Source: Paramoeba atlantica (taxonomy: Eukaryota; Protista; Discosea). From it: a stretch of DNA of 64,000 bases. A program made the translations under genes and the position numbers. Numbering within the stretch: position 1 is the first letter of the stretch; each line of letters opens with the position of its first letter. The notes below the pieces were generated by a model. The model saw only the letters and a list, made by a program, of their open reading frames with translations, made no database searches and was not told the origin of the DNA. Shown one piece after another: positions 18,991-28,581 of the stretch. The stretch is taken from NCBI GenBank assembly GCA_977017575.1, contig CDRNVI010000030.1, forward strand, positions 930,001-994,000. The letters run 5' to 3'.

Positions 18991-20691
18991 TTAAAGGTCA
19001 CATCCTTGAATCAACAAAGCCAAGGCGTATGCGTCCCAAACAGGGTTATGCGCATCACTATCCGATACAAGTGTTTTAATGCGCTTCTTCAGTAATGATA
19101 GAGGTGCATAGGACGAAAAAAGAGGGCCACTGTTCCAATCGTCGTTTGCCATGAGTTGCAGCGCCTCATGAAGCTTCGGTATTCGGTTTCCAAAGTGCTG
19201 GTAAATAGGGTAGAATGCTGTGTCGTGAGTGAAGTCAATCATATTGCGTAGAAGTCTTACGACATGAGGTTCAACTTCAACGGACTTTGGTACTGAGGCC
19301 TCAAGAGTTTCTATCAGCGCACTATGATCAGAGTTACCATAACAATACATCTTCGTATTAGGACACAGTACTGCTTGCGTGTGTAAGTATCGATACAACT
19401 CTTTTCCCAGATGTTCAAGAGAATTACAGCAACGCACTCTTGGCAAGCACAAGGAGGAATCAGATTCCGATTCAGCTTTTAAGCACTCGTAATCACCTAG
19501 ATTTTGTGCCGAACTTCCGAGCAGTGACTGATCAAAGTTTTCAAAGGAAGAGGTACCCATATTAACCATTTTTGTGGAGGATGATAGGGTCGAAGACGAA
19601 TATGAGTCGTAGCGTTGAAAGATTTTATGCATTCGTCTAAGTTCCTTCTGACTTAGATGATAGCATTGATATAGACCCCAAATGAGAGCTTTTGCTTCGT
19701 TCGTATAAGGTTGCGCGGCTCTTTCGAAAAGTCGATACAATTTCATGGACCCTAGCTCGTCAACTCGATTCAATAGAGAAGTGCATAATTCAGCATTTAC
19801 ATCCTCCAACGATACGCTCTTATTAAGAGTGCGAATATTTGGAAGAAAGTAGGCAGCCTTCGTATTCAACTCAGTATGTAAACTTGACAGGATGTCGCAT
19901 CCCATAACTGGCTCTGCAGTATTCGCCAAGTTATAGTTCTTTTCTTCGGATGGAAAACCAGACTCCATTTCTGTAGCGAAGTTTTGACATCTGAGCACGG
20001 CATCTTTTCCGCTGCGTAACGCATGACCAGCTGGAAGGATGTGTGCCAGTTGTAAGGTTGTCGAAGGCCGAAGCGTATAGATAATCGTAGGATACGGAGG
20101 ATATAATATTGAATTATCGTTAGCGCTTTTTTGTTCCACAATTTTTTCACCACACAACGAATATGAATTTGCTCCGGTCTCAGGAATTGCGGTAAATGCT
20201 GCCGTTCGAATCATAGTTTTCCGGTCAAAGCGCACAAACTCGAAATCTAAAGCTATTCTTTGGGGTGCCGTATGATTGTAATTTTGGCACCGTCCATTTC
20301 GTTGCACAGGAGATTTATTGACATTGTGAGCTACACTTTGTATGAAGTTCGATGCCTTACTTATTTCCTTTGAAAACGGTATCGAAACTGGAATAGCTCT
20401 TTCCAATGTATTTATCCGTTCCACAGGTTTTGATCCACATGTGGATGAAATACTTGTAATTCCGGATGACTCCACATGCGAAAGGGTGGTAGTCTTACCC
20501 GTTGTCACAGGGACTGCAGATTCGGAAGTGCAGGATTTTATGAAGGGTGCATCAATTTTCCTTTTGCCTTCCTTTCCGTTCGATGGCGAAACCTCAAGCG
20601 GAAGAACATCAAAAGGCCCGTAAAACCATTTTAATACGGGTTTAATGATACCCATATTGGCACAATCGCGATGCTTTTTCGGAAGCCACAT
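18991..20691 (-). CDS. DEDDh-family 3'-5' exonuclease-like protein
   Basis: ExoI IALDFEF, ExoII YGNSDHSAL and ExoIII AHNPVWDAYAL. First ATG at 20691. Confidence 0.6.
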   Translation of the reverse strand: MWLPKKHRDCANMGIIKPVLKWFYGPFDVLPLEVSPSNGKEGKRKIDAPFIKSCTSESAVPVTTGKTTTLSHVESSGITSISSTCGSKPVERINTLERAIPVSIPFSKEISKASNFIQSVAHNVNKSPVQRNGRCQNYNHTAPQRIALDFEFVRFDRKTMIRTAAFTAIPETGANSYSLCGEKIVEQKSANDNSILYPPYPTIIYTLRPSTTLQLAHILPAGHALRSGKDAVLRCQNFATEMESGFPSEEKNYNLANTAEPVMGCDILSSLHTELNTKAAYFLPNIRTLNKSVSLEDVNAELCTSLLNRVDELGSMKLYRLFERAAQPYTNEAKALIWGLYQCYHLSQKELRRMHKIFQRYDSYSSSTLSSSTKMVNMGTSSFENFDQSLLGSSAQNLGDYECLKAESESDSSLCLPRVRCCNSLEHLGKELYRYLHTQAVLCPNTKMYCYGNSDHSALIETLEASVPKSVEVEPHVVRLLRNMIDFTHDTAFYPIYQHFGNRIPKLHEALQLMANDDWNSGPLFSSYAPLSLLKKRIKTLVSDSDAHNPVWDAYALALLIQGCDL

Positions 20692-21359
20692 TTCATTAGC
20701 GCAGAACGATGCGTCGAGGTCTTTCACCTTTTACGACTTGTACTGAAAAACGTTTGGATCACATGCGGTTTTACGCACCAATGGACAGTAGAAGACACGA
20801 ATGGAAAGAGTAGAGCACAGAAACATCTATTGTATAGAACTAGAATACTCCATTAGGATACATGGAAAGGTAAAACTATGCTTAAACATTGTACATGTCA
20901 TACACTACCTAAAATAAACACACTATTGTTTTTACAGATTATTTCTTTTATACTTGAAAAACAGTTTTTTCTCATGCACAAATTCGCAGTTGCTCCTACG
21001 ACTCAGAGATCTAGACTCTACCCCTTTACACAGCGTAGAGGACACTTGAGCCTTCTTATCAGTGTGCCTAGCGAACGCTCCCTTTGACTCAATTATGCAT
21101 GCCCGCTTTGTCTATAGCTGATACCTCGATTATAAGGAAGCTTTTAGACATTTTCAACTCGGCTAAACCCATCATGAAAAGACCATTAAGAACATGGACA
21201 GAGGAAGGCAAAGGGCGTTGTGATTAGGCGTACATCACTACACTGTAGAGAATTTAAATATTCTCTAGTGATGTACGCCTAATAATTCTATAATTCAATA
21301 TCAATCTCGGTTTGTAAGGCAGTACACATGCAACAAAAATTCGAACTAGTTAGAATATA

Positions 21360-22172
21360 TCAGAGCCCAGTAGTCCTATGTTTTCGATTTATTTTCAAAG
21401 TAGGACCTGTTTTGCGGTAGCATGGTTCGAGTATTTCTTCTCTTAAGGCCGTTGCAAAAGCGACCGAATCGCGGAACAGTTCTTCATATCGATCCCTAAC
21501 CTCTTCAGTGGTAGAAGCAGTATCAATCGAAAGATCGACAGCTTTACGAAAAGGTACAATGGAAAAACGAATACCCGCTTTTTCGGATATGCGGAACTGC
21601 GCTTTCGCTCCCCCGGATTGCTCACTTAGTAAGACCTCAACTCGGAGTTCCATGGCTTGCCCTCTCGGTGTGAAGTCTGTCACAACACATTGCACGTTGT
21701 GCTTTACTCGCCAGCTGCGATGCTTAGAAAGAGTCATCTCTGCAAGGCTGAGATTAACAGATTGTTGTTGTTTTAACCTAAACTCCGGAGTCAAATCCCT
21801 GGGTAAACAAAATATCACGTGGTTTGTAGCGGTTGGCTCGTTGTTCAGGTAAATTGACCCACTTACGAAGTCAATACACAACTTTAGTTCATTCCACGAA
21901 ATATCAAGATTCTTAGCATATGGAGTGCTGGCTATGATCTTTGTAGCCCAACATATGGCGGTACTTGCCGATTCCAGAGAAGGGGCCCCCAGAACGGAGA
22001 GCACACCTCGAGGGTAAATTTGGACTGGTGAAAAGCGAGGGTCCCGGAGGATAAGGTGTTCGGTGCTATCCTGAATGTAATAAATGACATTCCACATATC
22101 ATTCGCAAGTTGCCGAAGTTCTAGCGCAGTGTGTAAATCGCATGAAACTTTCATGCTATGCAATGCAATCAT
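21360..22172 (-). CDS. Divergent TATA-binding-protein-like factor
   Basis: VSCDLHTALELRQLA..NVIY..LRDPR..VQIYPRGVLSVLGAPSLESA aligns by eye to a TBP repeat. The second repeat is weak (TASTTEEVRDRYEELF). Confidence 0.55.
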   Translation of the reverse strand: MIALHSMKVSCDLHTALELRQLANDMWNVIYYIQDSTEHLILRDPRFSPVQIYPRGVLSVLGAPSLESASTAICWATKIIASTPYAKNLDISWNELKLCIDFVSGSIYLNNEPTATNHVIFCLPRDLTPEFRLKQQQSVNLSLAEMTLSKHRSWRVKHNVQCVVTDFTPRGQAMELRVEVLLSEQSGGAKAQFRISEKAGIRFSIVPFRKAVDLSIDTASTTEEVRDRYEELFRDSVAFATALREEILEPCYRKTGPTLKINRKHRTTGL

Positions 22173-22565
22173 TCTATGTCTCGAATGCTTGCGAAGAATT
22201 AAAGGTCAGAAATTGGAACGAGTTCGAGCAACAAGAAGAAACATGAAATGTAACAGCTTCTGTCAAAATACCCGAAACACGTATTCGTCAGTGCGATTTA
22301 ATGGATCAAAAAATTGAGGTTGTTTAAACACGGGGTCTTCAGAAAATCGTACAACTATTTTAATGCTTCCTTCCACATCTCTTGACATTAGTATCTCAAC
22401 AGATACTAATCCAGTAATCGGCAAGTAGTTTACAGTAGACTACAGAGTGTCTTCCTTCAAAACAACTAGCTTTAAACAAACAGCACGAAATTAGTGAGTT
22501 CCATAGAATTTTGTAAACATTGTAGCACATACAAGTGCATACAGTAAAGCCTAGCTCGATAGAAT

Positions 22566-23045
22566 CTAAGTCACAGATTTTATTTCGCCATTCTCTGTAG
22601 ATGTGAGTCCGGATATTACATCTTGTAAGAAGGAAATACAGTTTGATACCTCTTTCTCACTAATGACCCCCGGTTTCTTTCTTGAAGGTGATGCATTTAG
22701 TTGCAAATTGTCAGCAGAGCTTCGATTCAGAGCACCATCACTCCGGTGTCTTGATAAAAGTGTAGAATCTGCTAATCTGACACCAGTTTCGAGTCCAAGA
22801 GAATAAACTAGACGATGATTATCTGCCTGAAGTGCTTCTACCATGCGTGATGCGGTATGAGAATCAGAGACCGAGAGAAACATTTTTCCTTCAAAGGAGT
22901 CCATAGATTCTAGCTGAGACTGATATAAAGGAAATTCTTTGCGCAGCTTGTCAAGAAGCAGGTCATTTCTTGCCCTCATGATGCTCTCAGGAAGCAGTTG
23001 TTGACCCTCCTTGTGCGGCAAGTTAAATTCAAGAACAGTCACCAT
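22566..23045 (-). CDS. Hypothetical protein (159 aa)
   Basis: ATG-initiated ORF co-oriented with its neighbours; no motif recognised. Confidence 0.55.
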   Translation of the reverse strand: MVTVLEFNLPHKEGQQLLPESIMRARNDLLLDKLRKEFPLYQSQLESMDSFEGKMFLSVSDSHTASRMVEALQADNHRLVYSLGLETGVRLADSTLLSRHRSDGALNRSSADNLQLNASPSRKKPGVISEKEVSNCISFLQDVISGLTSTENGEIKSVT

Positions 23046-23364
23046 AAAGTAATCGCCACCAATACGAAAAGCTATTAGTATTTGTTTTGCAAGAAGTAAT
23101 TATGGAGAGTAGGCCAAATGGTCGAAACAATTCAATGAATTTCTATTTAAGATGATAATAAAAAAGTATGCAGAAGTGCAGTGAGTCCTCACTATGCTGC
23201 TAACCTACTAAAGAAGAAAAACTAGGGTGTGTACAATGCAAGTAAAAATGTTGAATTACCTACCCAGAGGTCAGAGAACCGTAGTAAAGTTAGGATGTTA
23301 TGAATAAGGTGTAAGTTGTGTTTAACGAGCACCACACCACTTTCACCTATTATAGTCCTGCAAA

Positions 23365-25272
23365 TCACTTGAGTGTGGCCTGCTGTCCATTTCCGTGCCG
23401 CTGAATCCATTTGTTGCGCACACGGATCATCGCATCACATACTTGTAACTTAAACTGAAGCATGTGCGTACGATCAGATAAGAGTGCGTTCCTTTGTTCA
23501 GCTTTACGCAGTTGGACGCGCAAGTTGCAAATCTCTTGATTATGCTCTAGCAAGAGATCACTTTCCTTGTTTTCAGGAAATTCCTGGGTTGTTGATGGCT
23601 CGGCTTCCGGCTCAGTGAGTGGAACATCGCTGTCGCGTGTAACTTCAGAATTTGCAGGGGAAGAAGCTTCAGATTTGAAATCGGCTTGCCCGAGTGTAGC
23701 TTCAGCTTCGTCTACATCTACACGAAACATGTCCTTTGCGTGCATACGAAGAACCTTGTTTTCCAATTCCAGGCGATGTATCTCTTTACGAGCACACGAG
23801 AGTTGGGTCAAAAGACTTTGTATTGTAGGAACTGAGGCGACAGAAATACGGTTTTTGACATTTCGAGCCGTTGACCCGAATCGAAGAGTGGAAAGTGTCT
23901 CGGAAATATCAGACTCATTCGAGGACACACAAAGCACAAGAGTGGTGTGCGCGTTACCTCCCAAAGATGGTTGCAGTAGTCTCGTAAGTTTGGACTCACG
24001 AAAGGGGCAATGGTGCGTTCGCTTTCGGGGAGTTGTATTCGAGGCAGAAAGCGCAGCAATCACGCGTCCTAAGGTCAACAAACTGAGGTTGATGTATTTT
24101 GCTTCATCGAGCTGTGTGCCCTCGGCAAGTGAACGAGATACCTTTTCGGAACCCGCGAGATCGACAAAGGTAAGAACTCTATGTACAACTTCCGGGTCTG
24201 CAAGGGAACCATCAAGGCTGGTTCCACAGGTCGTTGCGGAGCAGTGGAAGCTCGTAATTGCCACGAACGCAAGAAAGTGACTGCGGCTGCTGGACTCATT
24301 GACGCGGGTAGCATCGGTAATACGCCGCTCGTGGGATTTTGTAATGACGTCTTGCAGTTCGGCGGCGGAGGACACAGACACGTATTGAGCGTTTCCATCG
24401 CTGTGCCCTGCGGCATACACTTGGGATGACGTACCAATTTTACTCGGGGAAGCCACGGGAGGTTTCACCCTTTGCTTGGAACCCCTTTGACTCCCGAGAT
24501 AACGAACCCGTTCATTGTAGATCTCCAAGCAACATACAGAGACGGTATACCCGACCAACGGAGAACTTAACACGGAACTAACGCTTCCTCGACCCTTCTC
24601 CGGCGTGATATACCCTGTCGACACCTCACCACTCCTATTCGATACCCCTCGAGCCGAATTCACAACCCTGGACCTCACCGGTGTATCCCCATCCTTTCTC
24701 AACCCTCCTACCGGGGTGGTGGGTACACTACTTGATTGGGGCATCCCCCCCTCTCCCTCCCTCCCCACTTTCTCTCCTTCCCGTTCCCTTTCCCCCTCCT
24801 CTCCCCCCCCTCCCCGTTGCTTCACCCTCTCCAGCTCCTCAAACAGCCACCCGGTACACTGCGGCAGCAGCGCCCCCACCATGGTGTGGGTCTTCCCACT
24901 GCCGGTTTGCCCGTAGGCAAACACCGTAGCGTTGGTCCCCTCCGCGACGCAGGCGTGGACCAGGGGGCGCCCGACCTCTGCGGCCACGGTGTGCTGCGAG
25001 ACACGGGAGGGGAAGACGTGGTCGAAGGTGAAGGTTCTGCGGAAGTGTGTGGAGCTCGAGGAGGAAGAGGAGCTCGAGGAGGTCGTGTTGTCATAGGGGG
25101 AGGCCGTGGGATCGGGGAGAACACGGGAGAGTTGGACGTGGGTAGAGCTAAGGGGTTTGAGAGGGGGACTGGGTGATAGGGTGGTGGGGGTGGGGGATGA
25201 GGAGGTGCCGACATGGGAAAGGGGTGGGTAGGGAGGTCGGGGACGAAGAACAACTCGGATGCGTTCCTCCAT
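23365..25272 (-). CDS. Kinesin motor protein (N-terminal motor, C-terminal coiled coil)
   Basis: IRVVLRPRP, FTFDHVF, YGQTGSGKT P-loop, NESSSRSH, VDLAGSE, INLSLLTLG and HCPFRESKLTRLLQPSLGGN. Likely start MEERIR at 25272. Confidence 0.95.
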   Translation of the reverse strand: MEERIRVVLRPRPPYPPLSHVGTSSSPTPTTLSPSPPLKPLSSTHVQLSRVLPDPTASPYDNTTSSSSSSSSSSTHFRRTFTFDHVFPSRVSQHTVAAEVGRPLVHACVAEGTNATVFAYGQTGSGKTHTMVGALLPQCTGWLFEELERVKQRGGGGEEGEREREGEKVGREGEGGMPQSSSVPTTPVGGLRKDGDTPVRSRVVNSARGVSNRSGEVSTGYITPEKGRGSVSSVLSSPLVGYTVSVCCLEIYNERVRYLGSQRGSKQRVKPPVASPSKIGTSSQVYAAGHSDGNAQYVSVSSAAELQDVITKSHERRITDATRVNESSSRSHFLAFVAITSFHCSATTCGTSLDGSLADPEVVHRVLTFVDLAGSEKVSRSLAEGTQLDEAKYINLSLLTLGRVIAALSASNTTPRKRTHHCPFRESKLTRLLQPSLGGNAHTTLVLCVSSNESDISETLSTLRFGSTARNVKNRISVASVPTIQSLLTQLSCARKEIHRLELENKVLRMHAKDMFRVDVDEAEATLGQADFKSEASSPANSEVTRDSDVPLTEPEAEPSTTQEFPENKESDLLLEHNQEICNLRVQLRKAEQRNALLSDRTHMLQFKLQVCDAMIRVRNKWIQRHGNGQQATLK

Positions 25273-25350
25273 GGTGACGGAGGGTGGGGATGGTTTTGGT
25301 GATGGAGTGAGGTGTTTGGTAGAGGGATGAGAAGAAAGAGAGGGTATAGG
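24600..25350. other. GC-rich skew-switch island 1 (C-rich then G-rich on +), inside kinesin
   Basis: C/T runs at 24700-24900, G runs at 24960-25350; switch near 24950 judged by eye. Confidence 0.8.
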
Positions 25351-26225
25351 AGAAGGAAGGAAAACGAATGAATTAAATGAAAGGTCTACGAGATATTGAA
25401 AAAAAACAGGAAAACGTTGACAGACGCACCAAGTGGAAAGCAAGTGTATCTAGCTCTCATTAGTAATTATAGACCTTTAAAAAAGCTAGTTTACCGAAAA
25501 TAATGAAATTCTAATTCAGAAACTCACTTTTACGATTATGAATTCCAATTTTTCAGTACCTAACATGAGCTCCAGAAAGCGGAGTTTAGAACGATGGACA
25601 AATGCCTTGTTCTTCTGTTTCAGATATATTTTCTAGTGTCGTCAAGCTATTTCCGATAGGGATAACTTTGCATATTCATCACGAAGTGTAATTAGACCGT
25701 AAAATTTGGCTTTATCTCCATTTGTGGCGTCCATACATAGACAACATTCTTTGTAAAGATTCTTGACAACATTCTAAAAGACATTCTCCCATGATCAAAA
25801 ATAGATGAAAATCCAAAAAAAGACGAAAATTTCTCCTTTTATTTTCCTATATTTCGATCAGGCTAGAGAAAGTAAATCGGGTGTACAGTTATTTCATGCA
25901 CAATTCGTGTCTGTTTTGGGAGGTGCCATGATCAAAAATAAATACATAAGGATAAAATATAATGAAAAGATCTGTTGAATTTGTTTATAAGAGGAAATTG
26001 ACTAAAGTGACCGATAATGGTGAACAAAGGATAAAAAAGAGGTGAATGAACCTCCATGCATAGTACAGACCCATGATAGAAAAATGGAACAAACGTTGTG
26101 AGAGCTCCGGGCAAGCTTTTCAACTAATTTCTTTGACATAAAAGGGGAACCTCTGTGCATAACAACGGAAAAATACTGTAAACCGTGTTTTTCGAACATA
26201 CCTTTCGAACATACATGTATATATA

Positions 26226-27246
26226 TTTTTTTTTCCCTTTCTCCCTAAACCCCATCGCCCAGCTAGCCTCGTACCCCGCAGCGGTACCAGTCTTGTACTG
26301 CCGCCTGTACAATCTGGGCATTACCTTTCTGGATGGCCACCCCTATGGCCATCAGAAGGTGGGACATGCATCCGTTCTTGTCGGATGTGTGGGCCCGGGC
26401 CACCTTGGTTAGGAAGTTCAAGGTCTCTGGGCCCGGGATCCCGTGCGTGGTGAAGGCCAAGGGGTAAAATTCCATCCCTCGGGCGGTCGCCATCTCATCG
26501 TGTGAGCGTCGCTTGTTGGCCTCCGCCATCCTCAGAGTATGAGAAGGCTCTGCGGCCTCCTTCTCCACGTAGGACGGGGCCAGTGGGTTCACCACGGTGA
26601 CATCAACTAGGGCAGTCTTCCGTCCCAGCTGGAAGCATATGTCGGGCCCCCGTCCATTGTCGAACCTCGGTTCGTGTAGGTCCGGTTTGAAACCATATTG
26701 CACAAGAAGGTTTCGAAAGGTTTCCTTGACCTCCTTGTGGCGGGAGGCCTGGGTTTTCCCCTTAACCTTCTTGCAATCCAGTGCGTGTACGCAAAACTCC
26801 TCATTGCGGAGGGTTGCACCGCACACGCACTGGAGCTCAGGTTCCGAGGTGGGGGCGACCAAGTACCGGAGACGGGCCGCAGTCTCCCACTGCGGGTCCT
26901 GCATGTAATACTCCGGCCTGTTGGGCCATGCGTTCATCCACTTAGTGGAGTGAATGTTCTGGGTCTGTCGCATACAGACCAGTTGGGTGGCCGTCGGGGC
27001 TTTCCTCAACGCGGCCTCACAGAGGTTGCGCCGCTGTTCCTTGGCTGACATGCCTTGGGGTCGGCCCTGTAGGGCGTTCTTCGCCTTGGCCTGCATGTCT
27101 TCCGCCTTATGCTCGAAGGAGATGGTCCCCAGGAAATCTGCCGTGAAAAGGTTATTGGAGAACGGCGTTTTCCCCAAGGAGCCCATCCCCCCGAGCAAGG
27201 CCTCAGCACATGCCAGGACGGCTTTGTCGACCTGGGTATTGGCCAC
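26226..27246 (-). mobile_element. 5'-truncated CRE-type non-LTR retrotransposon (zinc knuckle + restriction-like endonuclease, short 3' UTR, A9 tail)
   Basis: ORF 26263-27246 contains W..A.P, CVCG..HALDC, RHKEVK, GPDI..VDVTV..AEANK and FYPLAF.THG. An A9 run on the minus strand lies at 26226-26234. No RT domain. Confidence 0.85.
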
Positions 27247-27702
27247 TTTAGTGACCGAATATTCTTGGGTAAAATATTATGTTTTTTTGGGGTTTTTCGG
27301 GCACAAGGAGATCTGTCACTACTTTTCTCGAAAAGTAATAAGGAACATTCTTTGCTACTGTTAGACTGCTGTGTTCTTCGAGTACGGAGAATTTTTTGGA
27401 ACTACTTTCTAGACTTTTTTAATCACTTTGTAATTTTTCACTTTCAAAGGGAGGGTCAGTGAGTACATTCCCGGGTGAGGCCGTACCCAAGGGACCTGCG
27501 AAGGTCTCCCCTCCCTATCCTAGCGTTGCAATGGTACCCTCCTTATTAGCGTTGCTTTTGAGACCCTGACCCTTGCTGTAACGCAATTTGTTTTACCACC
27601 CTCTTAGAGTTGCTTATACCAGACTCGGAAAACGTTAGGATAGGAGGCAGTATGATTCTAATGATTTAGGAAGGTTTAAACCTTTGTGATTTAATTATAC
27701 TG

Positions 27703-27759
27703 TCCCCCCTATTTAGTGTTGAGTGAAATTCGGAAAAATTCAACACTAAATAGGGGGGA
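27703..27759. repeat. Perfect inverted repeat, 20-bp arms, 17-nt spacer
   Basis: tccccccTATTTAGTGTTGA (27703-27722) and TCAACACTAAATAgggggga (27740-27759). Confidence 0.95.
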
Positions 27760-27922
27760 TAAGAAATCTCCTCCCCTCAAAAAAAAAGCGCGCCGCTTTG
27801 CGGCGTATTGTTTTCAAAACCATGATCGTAGTATTTTTTCTCTCGGTTAGGGATACATCTTTATGAGCTCTGTGGGGCATTTGTAGAAAAGCCCTGTGGG
27901 GGGACATATTTTACAAACAGAA

Positions 27923-28455
27923 AAAAAACCTGCCTTGATTCTTCTCTTGGATTGCTGCTCTGTACATACCACGCGCTCTGTACTTGTCACGCGCAGCGAA
28001 GACACTTTTTCATGGTTGCGAATTGTGTACATTCCAGCAAAGTGCACATGAAGACTTCAGCCTTGCGATGTGGGTCTCTTTAACCGTTTGAAGCCAAAAC
28101 TATTATAAACTACCGAACCATGGCCTTACTGAAATACTGTCAGACCCAATACACTGAGGGAAAGCGAATCGGTGACACTCGGTCGATCGGAGCAAAAGTA
28201 AGCAAAGCACAGCTTCTTGACAGTATTATGAAAACGTACGCCCACCTTAATAATAATCGGCAGAGGTATGCCAATGTTCAAGCGTGGAGTAAGGTCGGAA
28301 TTTCGCCGGAAAGTCTAAGTAAGCCAGAAAACATCCTTGAAGCGATTCGCCGCGCGAGCGAACTGTTTACAGTGATACCGGTTCTTGATGCAGCAGAAGA
28401 AAATCAAGAGGACGTAATTTCCCCTGAAAGTGCTGATCACCCCTTTGTTTTGTAA
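27923..28455 (+). pseudogene. Degraded pogo/Tigger-like (DDE_1) transposase, C-terminal half
   Basis: Manual translation gives KKPALILLLDCCSVH...LRIVYIPAKCT*RLQPCDVGLFNRLK, then a frameshift into the 28120-28455 ORF (NRQRYANVQAWSKVGISP). Internal TGA at 28049. Confidence 0.8.
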
Positions 28456-28581
28456 AAGCCTTCGTAAATTTATTTACCACCAGTAGTTAATTTTTTGGAT
28501 AAATTTGATGTTAGGAAGAGCGATTCTCTCGACGCACTTGTTTAAACTGAGAGCCACGTTTTACGACCTTGTCTGACAAGG

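Noticed and set aside
24576-24585. Exact SL 5' decamer AACTAACGCT
   Set aside because: It lies antisense inside the kinesin CDS with no further SL match; a 10-mer hit is plausible by chance in 128 kb of both strands.
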